Source of the DNA: Nitrososphaeria archaeon
Lineage (GTDB): Archaea > Thermoproteota > Nitrososphaeria > Nitrososphaerales > JAAOZN01
DNA length: 64,000 bases
Assembly (NCBI GenBank): GCA_029775855.1
Contig: JARVJZ010000001.1
Coordinates: 32,001 to 96,000, forward strand
Direction: 5' to 3'
Positions within the stretch are counted from its first letter, which is position 1. Every line of letters begins with the position of its first letter. This document shows positions 28,853 through 38,674 of this stretch, in pieces. The translations under genes were made by a program, and so were the position numbers. The notes beneath the pieces are model-generated. The model had not been told where the DNA came from, ran no database searches, and saw only the letters and a program-made list of their open reading frames with translations.

Positions 28853-31186
28853 CTACCTACCACCCATAACCATTCTGCTAAGTAAGGTTGGGTCAGGTAT
28901 CTCGATAGGTTTCCAACCTCTTTGCTTGATTATTTGCAAGACCTCTTCCTTAATAGTTACCGGAAGATCGTTTTCATCCCTGACGAATAGGTGTAGGTCT
29001 TCAGGTAAGCAGCCGTATAATTGGCGGTGCAAGCTAACATAGTTAGATATCTTTATCATCCTTCCCTTAGGTGTGTCATTTGGCCTCATAACCATCTTTG
29101 AAGCCATCACCATAGCTTCCTCTGGGGTTTCAACGACGCATAATAGGTGTTCAGGCGAAGGTCCACCGTAAACCAACTGTCCATCTTTAGCGTTATACAC
29201 AAGCCATCTCCCGTAATCCTCGCTTCTACCCAAATACGCTCTCCTATGCTTAACTCCTTGTGGCCCTAATATCACAGGAATACCAAATCTGTTTGCGCCT
29301 GTGGCTATGGACATAGCCTTTTGATGCTGAGAGCCCCATGCGATAGCTACAGCCCCTATTCTATTCAATATGTAGTCAGCTATCTCCTCGAAGTTGCCTC
29401 GAAGGTTTCTCTTTGCAAATATACTCGCTATCTTCACTACAGCGCCTACAGCATGCGCATTAGAAACGCAAGGACCTAAGTTAACTATACAACCAGCGTC
29501 AAAGTCTCCAGGATACTTCTCATAGAGGGTTTGTCCATTTTCATCTTTATAGCGCGCTATATCTAGAGCAGCGCAACCAGATGTTACAACAATATATCTC
29601 CTCTTAGCAAATTCGTCAGCCATCATAGCGAGATGGTTATTCCCACCAGGATAGTTAGCGCAGCCCGCGAAGACAACTACCCCTGGGATCTCACCCATAA
29701 CTATAGGTCTACCAACATTCCTGATTTCAGTATCCTTTATTGGACCTCTACCAGCTCTAATCTTAAATCTCTCACGTTTAATCTTGTCTTCTGATGCCGC
29801 ATCTACTACTGTAAGCACTGGCACATCATTTGGGCAAGATGAGTCACATCTACCGCATCCTAGGCATTCATCGAAGACCTCTAAAAGTAGGGAGGGGTCG
29901 CCGCGTTTAGCAGTGTTAACAGCTAAACCTACATTTATCCCAATAGGGCAGTTCTTTGTGCAGCTTAGGCAGAGCGAGCAAAGTGAAGCCTTAGCCAACA
30001 CTTTGTCTTTATCATAACCCTTCTGATTGGCTCTAAGTGGCGCTATCAGTTGAGCAGCCTTAACCGCAACCCTTCCGACTTTAACAGGATCTTGGATAAC
30101 AACCGCCTTCGCATCTCCTGAGGCAAGCTTTTGGACTATTGTATCCTCATCCATGTTTGTAAGGTTTGGTAGACCGCCAACCAGCTGGTCAGATGTAGCT
30201 ATAACCCTAGAGCCGACTTTAACAGCTTCTTCTATCACATCAGCCCTCACACACTCTTGGTCAACTATAACAACATCAGCTATTCCCATTCGTATGAAGC
30301 GTAGCTGTCTAGAGATTGGACCGACTATCTTGGCGCCTTTTGAGAAGCGGGCTAGGTCTGAGGCTGTGCAGCAAACACCAGCGACTTCGATTTGACCATA
30401 GAGCCCAGTCTCATCAAGGTAGTTTATGACTTCACTTCCTGGTGCGACATTGTGTCCTATACATAGTATTACTGGTTTCTCACGCTCGACAACACCCATC
30501 CCCACTTCTATGAGTGGGGTTTCGGCGTCGCCTTTAGGGAAGCCTAAAGCTGAAATCTGCGCTATGTCTGCTACTTCTAAGGCTAGTATGTCCAGCATTC
30601 CAGCGTGCAACGCTTTGGATTCATAATCTAAGTAGTTCTGCTCTTGTCCTGTTGCGGTTGCGGAAAGTAGGTGAGTTATCTGCCCTTCAAGGTAGTTTAC
30701 AACATCTATTAAGTCTGAGAGCTTTTTTGGCTTTATACCGGTTATCAGCCTAGTTATAGGCGCCTCAATTTCAACTTCGCTTCCCAAGTCTATAGGCTGG
30801 TCTCCGCCATACTGTTTAATCAGAAAGTTCAGGAGATGGTGTGCGTGTGTGGTATGGGCAGAAGCTCCCATAACGCTCTGAAGGAGCGACCATTTACCTA
30901 TATGCCCAGCCATATCTATTCCGCAAGCACCCCTCTTTCCAGCAGTTAGGTCACATTTACCAAAAGTGCAGAATTCACAGAAATCGCTTAAAGGAGAGTA
31001 GAATGGTTGATAACGCTTAAGAAGCTTAAGATCCCATTCTCTCAGATCCATTATAGTTGGGTATGGTGTAGGACCCATAGGCTCAGCCCAATCTTCGCTT
31101 TCTACAAATCTTCCCACTGTAAGTTCTAAGCCTTTGATCTTTAGATGACTTGATGTTAACTCCTTGATGTTTATCTTTGTTACCAT
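28853..31186 (-). CDS. cdhA: Archaeal-type Ni,Fe CO dehydrogenase alpha subunit
   Basis: EPMGPTP; B-cluster CxxCxxxxC..GACG; C-cluster ligands GHN, CCT, ECVR, GCAN, SGCA, PCVSN; two CxxCxxCxxxCP ferredoxin motifs; PDPT end. Confidence 0.95.
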   Translation of the reverse strand: MVTKINIKELTSSHLKIKGLELTVGRFVESEDWAEPMGPTPYPTIMDLREWDLKLLKRYQPFYSPLSDFCEFCTFGKCDLTAGKRGACGIDMAGHIGKWSLLQSVMGASAHTTHAHHLLNFLIKQYGGDQPIDLGSEVEIEAPITRLITGIKPKKLSDLIDVVNYLEGQITHLLSATATGQEQNYLDYESKALHAGMLDILALEVADIAQISALGFPKGDAETPLIEVGMGVVEREKPVILCIGHNVAPGSEVINYLDETGLYGQIEVAGVCCTASDLARFSKGAKIVGPISRQLRFIRMGIADVVIVDQECVRADVIEEAVKVGSRVIATSDQLVGGLPNLTNMDEDTIVQKLASGDAKAVVIQDPVKVGRVAVKAAQLIAPLRANQKGYDKDKVLAKASLCSLCLSCTKNCPIGINVGLAVNTAKRGDPSLLLEVFDECLGCGRCDSSCPNDVPVLTVVDAASEDKIKRERFKIRAGRGPIKDTEIRNVGRPIVMGEIPGVVVFAGCANYPGGNNHLAMMADEFAKRRYIVVTSGCAALDIARYKDENGQTLYEKYPGDFDAGCIVNLGPCVSNAHAVGAVVKIASIFAKRNLRGNFEEIADYILNRIGAVAIAWGSQHQKAMSIATGANRFGIPVILGPQGVKHRRAYLGRSEDYGRWLVYNAKDGQLVYGGPSPEHLLCVVETPEEAMVMASKMVMRPNDTPKGRMIKISNYVSLHRQLYGCLPEDLHLFVRDENDLPVTIKEEVLQIIKQRGWKPIEIPDPTLLSRMVMGGR

Positions 31187-31192
31187 TCTTCT

Positions 31193-31209
31193 ATTTTAGC
31201 TACTAAAAT
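31193..31209. promoter_or_regulatory. 7-3-7 inverted repeat (ATTTTAG-CTA-CTAAAAT) between the putative TATA box and the cdhA start
   Basis: Perfect 7-bp arms; a minus-strand TTTAAAAA TATA-like element lies at ~31214-31221. Confidence 0.35.
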
Positions 31210-31300
31210 CCTATTTTTAAAGTTTAATCCGAAGATGTTAGTTTACTGGGGCAAGCAATTAGAAAGGTTAAAACCATAGCGTTTAGAAGATTTGGTGTAG

Positions 31301-31861
31301 ATGAGCTTCACAGAGGAAGAAGTAAGACGGGCAGCAGATATGAAGGCTTGGATAGAAGCGAGAATAGCTGAGCACGAAGCAGATATCGAAAGGCTCAAAC
31401 AGATGCTCTTAATAATTGATAGCATACTGAAACACAGCAGCTTTAAGTCAGCTGCTGAGATCATATCTAAACCGCCTACCCCTACAGAGGCAGAGCTCGA
31501 AAGCTTCACCGAGGTTCGCCCAATCAAAAGAGTGAAGGACGGGCTTCTGCTAGGCAACATCTACATCTCACCAAAAACTTTAGTTATAATACCAGCTTCG
31601 GATGTTAAAATAATGGTGGATACACCACCATTCAAGAGTTTCTTTGTTAACAGAATATTGGAGGGTATGAAGGCTAAGGATAACGAGGCTGTGAAGGAGG
31701 GGAAGATGCAGCCAAACCAAGTGCTATCATATACTATAGAGGATGATAAAGGTATGTTAACTAAAATAACAATTCAAAACTATGGAAATCAGACGAGGTT
31801 AAACGAGATAATAAGCACTATAACTTGGTCTTTTACACGGATGTTGGAAAAGACAAGGTAA
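31301..31861 (+). CDS. Hypothetical protein with N-terminal coiled coil
   Basis: 186-aa ORF, apparently co-transcribed with guaA; no motif recognised. Confidence 0.7.
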   Translation: MSFTEEEVRRAADMKAWIEARIAEHEADIERLKQMLLIIDSILKHSSFKSAAEIISKPPTPTEAELESFTEVRPIKRVKDGLLLGNIYISPKTLVIIPASDVKIMVDTPPFKSFFVNRILEGMKAKDNEAVKEGKMQPNQVLSYTIEDDKGMLTKITIQNYGNQTRLNEIISTITWSFTRMLEKTR

Positions 31862-31868
31862 ACGAAAT

Positions 31869-33410
31869 ATGGAAGATGTAGACAAAGTTCTCATCCTAGA
31901 CTTCGGTGCACAATACGCTCACCTCATAGCAAGGCGCATTAGGGAGTGTAGAGTCTACTCTGAGCTTATACCCTACAACACAAAGGCTGAAGATATAAGC
32001 AAGATTAAACCCAAGGCATTAATCCTCTCGGGAGGACCAGCAAGCGTCTATGATAAAGCAGCACCCCTTCCAGACCAAGCAATATACGATCTAGGGATAC
32101 CAATACTAGGCATATGCTATGGTCTTCAAATCATAGTTCATCAATTAGGCGGTGAAGTTGTTAGAGCGAATAAGCGAGAATACGGGAAGGCTACACTCAA
32201 CATAACAGATACATCTGACATATTCAAAGGGTTTAAACCTAAAGCGGTATGCTGGATGAGCCACGGCGATAGAGCTACAAAACTACCTATAGGCTTCAAA
32301 TCTATTGCTCACACTGATAACTCGCCATATGCAGCCATAAGAGATAAAGCGCGAAAGATCTACGCCCTACAATTTCATCCAGAAGTTTCCCACACACCTA
32401 GAGGCAAGAAGATCTTGAGGAACTTCCTCTTCGAAGTCTGCAAATGCAAAGCAAGCTGGGAAATGCCTTCTTTTATTGAACGCTCTATAGAGGAAATAAG
32501 GGCTAAAGTAGGTTCAGAGAGGGTTCTCTGCGCATTAAGCGGGGGTATTGACTCTTCTACAACAGCAGCGCTCATACATAAAGCGGTAGGCGACCAGCTC
32601 ACATGCATATTCGTAGATCACGGATTGCTTCGAAAGGGTGAAGCTGATGAAGTTATTCGAACATTCAGAGACACCCTAGGTATAAGATTGATAACTATAA
32701 ATGCATCAAAAAGGTTCTTAGATAGATTAAAAGGTGTTGTTGATCCAGAGGAGAAAAGGAAGATAATAGGAGAAGAATTCTTAAATGTATTCACCGAAGC
32801 AAGCATAAAATATGGTCCATTTAAATGGCTTGCACAAGGGACTCTATATCCAGATGTAATAGAATCAGCAGCAAACCAAAGTCCAGCTTCAAAGATAAAG
32901 ACGCACCACAATGTAGGCGGTCTTCCTGAGCAGATAGAGTTCAAGCTGCTTGAACCCCTCAGAGACCTTTACAAAGATGAAGTTAGACGACTAGCAACCC
33001 TACTTGGGCTACCAGACAGAATAGTGAAAAGACATCCCTTCCCAGGACCAGGGTTAGCGGTCAGAGTTATAGGTGAGGTTACAGAAGAGAAGCTTCAAGT
33101 TTGCAGAGAAGCCAGCAGCATAGTTGAAGAAGAGCTTCAGAAACATAACCTTTACGATAAAGTGTGGCAAGCGTTTGCTGTGGTAGGAGACGATAAAGCT
33201 GTTGGGGTGCTTGGCGATGCTAGAAGCTACGGTTACATTGTTTCTGTGCGTATAGTTCAATCAAGCGACGCTATGACTGCAGACTGGGTTAAATTGCCTT
33301 ATAGGGTGCTTGAGAGGATAAGTAGCCGAATTACTAATGAAATACCCGGAGTAACTTGGGTCACATATGTGATCTCAAGTAAGCCGCCTGCAACGATAGA
33401 ACCCCAGTGA
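31869..33410 (+). CDS. guaA: GMP synthase (fused glutaminase and ATP-PPase domains)
   Basis: [50 protein letters not shown]. Confidence 0.97.
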   Translation: MEDVDKVLILDFGAQYAHLIARRIRECRVYSELIPYNTKAEDISKIKPKALILSGGPASVYDKAAPLPDQAIYDLGIPILGICYGLQIIVHQLGGEVVRANKREYGKATLNITDTSDIFKGFKPKAVCWMSHGDRATKLPIGFKSIAHTDNSPYAAIRDKARKIYALQFHPEVSHTPRGKKILRNFLFEVCKCKASWEMPSFIERSIEEIRAKVGSERVLCALSGGIDSSTTAALIHKAVGDQLTCIFVDHGLLRKGEADEVIRTFRDTLGIRLITINASKRFLDRLKGVVDPEEKRKIIGEEFLNVFTEASIKYGPFKWLAQGTLYPDVIESAANQSPASKIKTHHNVGGLPEQIEFKLLEPLRDLYKDEVRRLATLLGLPDRIVKRHPFPGPGLAVRVIGEVTEEKLQVCREASSIVEEELQKHNLYDKVWQAFAVVGDDKAVGVLGDARSYGYIVSVRIVQSSDAMTADWVKLPYRVLERISSRITNEIPGVTWVTYVISSKPPATIEPQ

Positions 33411-33412
33411 AC

Positions 33413-34648
33413 CTACCCCTTTCCGCTAATCCACTTAAAGATCAATGTGGTTGAGACAACCATTGTGGAGAAGCAGAGTGTAAAAGCCCAGAAATATGCA
33501 TCATAACCATAAATGCGTTCGCCAGCAACTACCATTTGAGGTGTGAAAAGGTCTATTACAAACCCCATCAGCGCTGGATAAGCGAAGGCGCCTAAAAATG
33601 CGAATGTGTTAACTATACTCAAGATTAAACCTAAGCTGTCTTCACCTCTCTCCTTCCTCAGAATAGCAGGCCAAATCGTGAAACCGCTTAACGCTAGCAT
33701 AGCTGAGGAGAAAGAGAGCGTTGTTAGTAGAACATCGCCCATAATAACTGTGTATAGCAAAGCAGCAAGCAGGAAAGTTGTAAGGAGGTGGCTAAACTTA
33801 TAGATTCTGCTCCAAGATCCTCTCCTATCTGCCAAGAGGCCCATAATGGGGCTTCCTATAGCCATCATGGCTGCTGGTATGGCTGCTACAATGCCCGAGA
33901 TATTCCTTTCAAGTCCGAATACATCGTAGAGATACTTGGGTATCCAGCTTACTAAGCCTACATAAGAGCCGTATGCAACCAAGACGGTAACATATATAAG
34001 TATAAGGTGAGGTGAAAAAAGTGTCTTTAACCTTATCATACTTGGTTCAGACGCGCTCTTAACATCTGCTTCTGTCACATTGCGTGCAATAAACAGAACA
34101 AAAAACAGATAAAAGATCAAGCTTGCTCCAGCAACGCCAATAAATGTTTGACGCCAGCTTAAACCTTGACCAAGCATCACACTAGGAATGATCATGCCCA
34201 GCAGACTTGAAGTATAACCCCAGCCTGTGTAGATTCCGACCACCTTCCCGTATGAGGCGCTTTTAAATGAGAGCGCAGTAGCCTTCAGACCAGCAACATA
34301 GACAGAAGCGATAGCCGCAGCCACCACTATCCTTGAAGCTATAAGCATATCAAAAGAAGGTGATATAGCAAATAGAAAGCACGCTACTACATAAAGAGGC
34401 ATAGTGAACAAGATCACTCTATTTGAACCATAGTTGTCTATGGCGACGCCATAAATTGGCTGAAGAAGACCATAAATAATAAAGTAAGATGATGTAAGCA
34501 CACCTACACCAAAGGCTGATACACCAAACTCTCTCATAAACTCTCCAGCAAGCGGTCCAATAGCTGTCCTATGGAATTGAGAAAAGAAGTATAGCCCCAT
34601 ATAGGTCGCTAAGATTAGAAGAGGGGGTATAGTAGTACTCTTCTGCAA
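33413..34648 (-). CDS. MFS transporter
   Basis: About 12 TM segments; G..ID.YG and GLLADRRG MFS loop motifs. Confidence 0.88.
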   Translation of the reverse strand: MQKSTTIPPLLILATYMGLYFFSQFHRTAIGPLAGEFMREFGVSAFGVGVLTSSYFIIYGLLQPIYGVAIDNYGSNRVILFTMPLYVVACFLFAISPSFDMLIASRIVVAAAIASVYVAGLKATALSFKSASYGKVVGIYTGWGYTSSLLGMIIPSVMLGQGLSWRQTFIGVAGASLIFYLFFVLFIARNVTEADVKSASEPSMIRLKTLFSPHLILIYVTVLVAYGSYVGLVSWIPKYLYDVFGLERNISGIVAAIPAAMMAIGSPIMGLLADRRGSWSRIYKFSHLLTTFLLAALLYTVIMGDVLLTTLSFSSAMLALSGFTIWPAILRKERGEDSLGLILSIVNTFAFLGAFAYPALMGFVIDLFTPQMVVAGERIYGYDAYFWAFTLCFSTMVVSTTLIFKWISGKG

Positions 34649-34678
34649 TACTTATCTTCTCCTAAACTGTTAATTAGT

Positions 34679-36415
34679 TCAGCGGTCTGCATCAACCGCC
34701 CAATAGTTCAAGCTCCAGTGTATCACAGGGACATCAGCGATCCTATGCCCAGGAAGTATCTTCTTAACACCAGCTAACAAGTTTCTGAAAGAAGGTGTGT
34801 TGATCTTAACCCTATAAGGCTTCTCTTTTCCGTCACTAACAATATAAAATGAGATGCTGCCTCGTGCAGCCTCTGTTCGAGCATAGGCTTCACCAACCTT
34901 TCCCCTCACCCTTCCTCTGAAATGATACCTAACAGGACCAGGCTTCATCATCTTTACCGCTTGCCTAATTATTCTAAGACTCTGATACATCTCCATATAT
35001 GAAACCATGCACCTTGCATAAGAATCGCCATCCATCATAACCGGCACATCAAAATCGATTGTATCGTAAAGCGAGTAAGGCTCATCTTTGCGTGTATCAG
35101 AGTAAACACCAGAAGCCCTCAACGCAGGACCCACTATACCCAGATCTATAGCATCTTGCCTAGACAGCACACCGACACCTACCGTTCTATCCAAAAAGAG
35201 GGGGTTTTCAAAGTAGATCTCCCTATATCTATCTAAACGCTTTTCAAACTTATCACAAGCTTTAAGCACATAATCCTCCCAACCTTCAGGCGCATCGTTC
35301 CTAACCCCTCCAGGAACCAAGTAAGCGAATGTGACTCTAGCACCCCCTAGGCGCTGAGCAGCATCAATAATTATTTCGCGATCTCCCATAGCCCACATAA
35401 ACATAGTTGAATGACCTGTGAAGATCCCCATTATCCCAAGCCAATATGTGTGGTTAAGTATCCGGTTAAATTCTGCCATTATTATACGAAGATACTTTGC
35501 TCTTTCTGGAACCTTATCCGCTATGTCGAGAATTTCTTCTGCTGCTAGCACATAGGGGAAGATCATACCTGTGGAGTCGTGTATAGTTGGGCGTTCGAGT
35601 TGCGGGATATTCTGGAAGTAGTTTTTGTATTCACACATCTTCTCCTTTCCCCTATGCACATAACCGATATCCGGCTCAACTTCAGTCACGGTATCACCAT
35701 CCACACCTAAAACGAGGCGCATATGACCACTACCAGGATGCTGTATACCAAACGAAATCGCTATCGTTCTCTCATCTTTCTGAACCCAATCAAAGAGTTG
35801 CCTACCTAATGTATCATACTCAGGCACATCGAATGCTTGCTGGAACCTCTCTAAGAAACTAGGGTTTCTGACCTTCTTAAAGTCGTCAGCAGAAGGTATA
35901 CACTCAGGTGGTGGATGATGGAGAACTGCTCGTTCTATCTTAAGCCCAGCGTCTTCACGCTCCGCCGCTCCCCACTTCTTAACATGAAAATCTTTTCTGA
36001 GCGGGGGTATGTCGTCCCAATCATCAGGTAGAAGCAGTCTTGCCAGCTGAGGGTGCCCTTCAAACCGTATACCAAGCATCTCATACTCTTCCCTCTCGTG
36101 GAAGTAGGCGCCTGGCCAGATGTTAGTGAGTGTTGGAAAAATTGGTTCACCTCTAGGTATTCTACTTCCCAAGATCACGACTTTGGATTTCAGCTCTTCT
36201 CTAACTGAACCCACAAAATACAAAACTTCAATTGTGTTATCGGCGGGGTAGTCTGTGCCACAGACCGACTCTATATGGTCGAACCCGTAGCGCTTCACCA
36301 ACTCACCAATTTTTATAACGCTCTCTACAGGTGCTAGGATCTTAACTCTATTACCTTGAATGCTACATTTGGTCTCAGGAGCTACCTTTAGAGCTTCATC
36401 TATAAGATCCTTCAA
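34679..36415 (-). CDS. nuoCD: Fused complex-I-like NuoC-NuoD subunit
   Basis: NuoC motif EREEYEMLGIRFEGHP..RLLLP...PLRKDF fused to NuoD motifs GIQHPGSGH, GYVHRG.EK, GPALRASG, EAARG; no NiFe-binding CxxC. Confidence 0.9.
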   Translation of the reverse strand: MKDLIDEALKVAPETKCSIQGNRVKILAPVESVIKIGELVKRYGFDHIESVCGTDYPADNTIEVLYFVGSVREELKSKVVILGSRIPRGEPIFPTLTNIWPGAYFHEREEYEMLGIRFEGHPQLARLLLPDDWDDIPPLRKDFHVKKWGAAEREDAGLKIERAVLHHPPPECIPSADDFKKVRNPSFLERFQQAFDVPEYDTLGRQLFDWVQKDERTIAISFGIQHPGSGHMRLVLGVDGDTVTEVEPDIGYVHRGKEKMCEYKNYFQNIPQLERPTIHDSTGMIFPYVLAAEEILDIADKVPERAKYLRIIMAEFNRILNHTYWLGIMGIFTGHSTMFMWAMGDREIIIDAAQRLGGARVTFAYLVPGGVRNDAPEGWEDYVLKACDKFEKRLDRYREIYFENPLFLDRTVGVGVLSRQDAIDLGIVGPALRASGVYSDTRKDEPYSLYDTIDFDVPVMMDGDSYARCMVSYMEMYQSLRIIRQAVKMMKPGPVRYHFRGRVRGKVGEAYARTEAARGSISFYIVSDGKEKPYRVKINTPSFRNLLAGVKKILPGHRIADVPVIHWSLNYWAVDADR

Positions 36416-36912
36416 CCCTCAACTCGCTCCTTCCTTTTACCTACCACATATGAAGGCTTGCCAACTGCTGGCTGAATACTCAACTCGAGCGGCGAGTAGT
36501 AGAGCTTCTTTCTATCATAGTCCGCAAGCCTAATTTCAGGGGTCATATGAAGGCATTCAAATGGGCAAGCATCAACACATAACCCACAGAAGACACACCT
36601 ACCGTAATCCACTGAGGGAAAGAGGCTCTTTTTGTTCTGTTCAAACCTAACCTCAGGCACCTCAACCATAATTATAGCGTTACTTATCTCATCACACATA
36701 AAAGAGCAGAGTTGGCAACCAGTACATTTGTCCATCTCAAGATAGTGGCGACCCTTCCAACCAGCTGTCGCAACACCCTTCTTAGGGTCAAAAGAATAGT
36801 ATCCTTCAGGCAACCCACTATCAACCTCAGGATATCTTCTCGTAACTCGACTATAGAATAAGTGCCGCAATCCACTCTGCATAGCTTTAATAATCTTTAA
36901 CGCCTCCACCAT
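36412..36912 (-). CDS. nuoI: Complex-I-like 2[4Fe-4S] subunit
   Basis: T.RYPE, CTGCQLCSFMC, DYGRCVFCGLCVDACP. Confidence 0.9.
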   Translation of the reverse strand: MVEALKIIKAMQSGLRHLFYSRVTRRYPEVDSGLPEGYYSFDPKKGVATAGWKGRHYLEMDKCTGCQLCSFMCDEISNAIIMVEVPEVRFEQNKKSLFPSVDYGRCVFCGLCVDACPFECLHMTPEIRLADYDRKKLYYSPLELSIQPAVGKPSYVVGKRKERVEG

Positions 36913-36915
36913 TTT

Positions 36916-37566
36916 TCACCTAAACCTCCATTTAGGTGAAAGGCGTAGATACGCCTCAGAAGCAACACGGCCTTTCAAATCCATACAACGAATCTTCTCC
37001 TGCAACTTAACTATCGCATCTATAACTGCTGGAGCTGGGGGTGGACAACCTGGAATATACACATCGACTGGTATTATCTTGTCGACACCTTGAAGCACAT
37101 TATAAGACTGCTCATATAACCCTCCAGATATAGCACAAGCACCCATCGCTATGCAGAACTTCGGCTCAGGCATCTGATCCCAGATCAGCTTCAGCCTAGG
37201 TGCGAGTTTTCTCGTAACTGTGCCCATAACTAACATAAGGTCACATTGCCTTAAACTTCCAAAGGCTTCGAGGACGCCGAAGCGCTCTATATCCCATCTT
37301 GAACCAGCTGATGCTCCTATCTCTACACTACAGCAAGCGGTCTCCACATGCGTTGGCCAAAGTGAGTAGAGTCTTCCCCAGTTAACTAGATAGGTTAGCG
37401 GCTCCCCTATAATATAGTCGAATGTTCTTCTGAGTAAACTCTTAGGTTTGATAACTTCATCGACTTTACCTACCAGCACACCAGTTGGCTGAGGGCCTTC
37501 TTTTCTGCTTTGAATAATCGCTTCAATCGCCCTTGCGTCTATCTTACTTTGCATAACATTAAGCAC
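36916..37566 (-). CDS. nuoB: Complex-I-like N2-cluster subunit
   Basis: SLWP..TACCSVE, RQCD, MPEPK, GACAISGG, PVDVYIPGCPP. Confidence 0.93.
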   Translation of the reverse strand: MLNVMQSKIDARAIEAIIQSRKEGPQPTGVLVGKVDEVIKPKSLLRRTFDYIIGEPLTYLVNWGRLYSLWPTHVETACCSVEIGASAGSRWDIERFGVLEAFGSLRQCDLMLVMGTVTRKLAPRLKLIWDQMPEPKFCIAMGACAISGGLYEQSYNVLQGVDKIIPVDVYIPGCPPPAPAVIDAIVKLQEKIRCMDLKGRVASEAYLRLSPKWRFR

Positions 37567-37654
37567 CCTCTCACTATCAACTATATATGTTTGCGCATAT
37601 TAAAGCATAAGTAGTTGTCTTAAGCGCTATTATAAGACTAACTTTGGTTAAGAG

Positions 37655-38674
37655 GTGTTTGCTCTTTTGGTTGAGATAAGAAAAGACTATTTTACAGAGT
37701 CCCTATGCATAGTGGGCGACGAAAGTATTGGCTGGGGTAGCGAGCAAGAAGAGACTGTTTGCCCCTATTGCGCTGGCAACGAGCATCTTACACCACCAGC
37801 CGAACTGATTCTACTGCAGTCACAAGGGTCGTTAGTTAAGACTTGTGATAGCGAAGATGAAAGGATTAAAAACTGGTCTATTAGAGTTATCCCAAGCAGA
37901 AAACCCTTCGTTAGCACCTCTCCTACTCAAAGGTATAACGATGCGCCTCTTTACAGCGAGCCGGCATTCGGCTACCATTATGAAATAGTTGCAACGCCTA
38001 GCCACTCAGAAACTCTATCAACCATAAGTGTTGAACAATGGTCAAATATACTAAGAGTGATTCAAGACAGGATGAAGTGGCTTTATGGCAAGAAAGGCGT
38101 TACCTATGTATCAGTTTACGCTGAGCATAAATGTGAACATGCGAGATTTAATGTGGTCACGCTTCCTAAGCTTCCTCCAATAATAGAGCAAGAAGCCACA
38201 ACCTTTCAAAAGACATATCACGAGACAGCTGTATGTCCAATGTGTAATGTTGTGTCAATTGAGACAGGGGGGCCTAGGCAGATACTATTGAGTGAGCACT
38301 ATATCGTATTTTCACCTTGGGCGCCCTCGACTCTACATGAGTTTTGGATCTTCCCGAGGAAGCATCAGACCAGTTTCCTTAAGGTGGGGCAGAAGGAGTT
38401 AAATGACCTTTCGCTAGTTATGCGTGCTGTATTAGGTGCATTTGATAAGACTTTTAACTCTATACCATATACATTGGTGCTGCATTCGTCTTCTGAAAAG
38501 AAGGTGTCCAAGCAGCTGCATTGGCACTTCGAAGTGCATACTAACATTTCTTTGGGGAACTCCTTACATGTGGGTACTGGTTTATACTTTAATTCTATTT
38601 CACCTGAGCAGACTGCTAGTAAGCTTGGTTCTGCTGCTAGAAGGGAGTTGGCTACGCTTGTTGGTGTAGCCTAA
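37655..38674 (+). CDS. GalT-like (HIT-fold) uridylyltransferase homolog with a degenerate catalytic motif
   Basis: CPYCAGNE..TPP, RVIP, AFGYHYEIV, CPMC, HWHFE; the HxHxQ motif is not intact. Confidence 0.75.
   Translation: MFALLVEIRKDYFTESLCIVGDESIGWGSEQEETVCPYCAGNEHLTPPAELILLQSQGSLVKTCDSEDERIKNWSIRVIPSRKPFVSTSPTQRYNDAPLYSEPAFGYHYEIVATPSHSETLSTISVEQWSNILRVIQDRMKWLYGKKGVTYVSVYAEHKCEHARFNVVTLPKLPPIIEQEATTFQKTYHETAVCPMCNVVSIETGGPRQILLSEHYIVFSPWAPSTLHEFWIFPRKHQTSFLKVGQKELNDLSLVMRAVLGAFDKTFNSIPYTLVLHSSSEKKVSKQLHWHFEVHTNISLGNSLHVGTGLYFNSISPEQTASKLGSAARRELATLVGVA

Noticed and set aside
34679-37566. Group 4 [NiFe]-hydrogenase (Coo/Ech-type partner of CODH)
   Set aside because: The large subunit has neither the N-terminal RxCxxC nor the C-terminal DPCxxC motif, and NuoB has the tandem CC typical of complex I.
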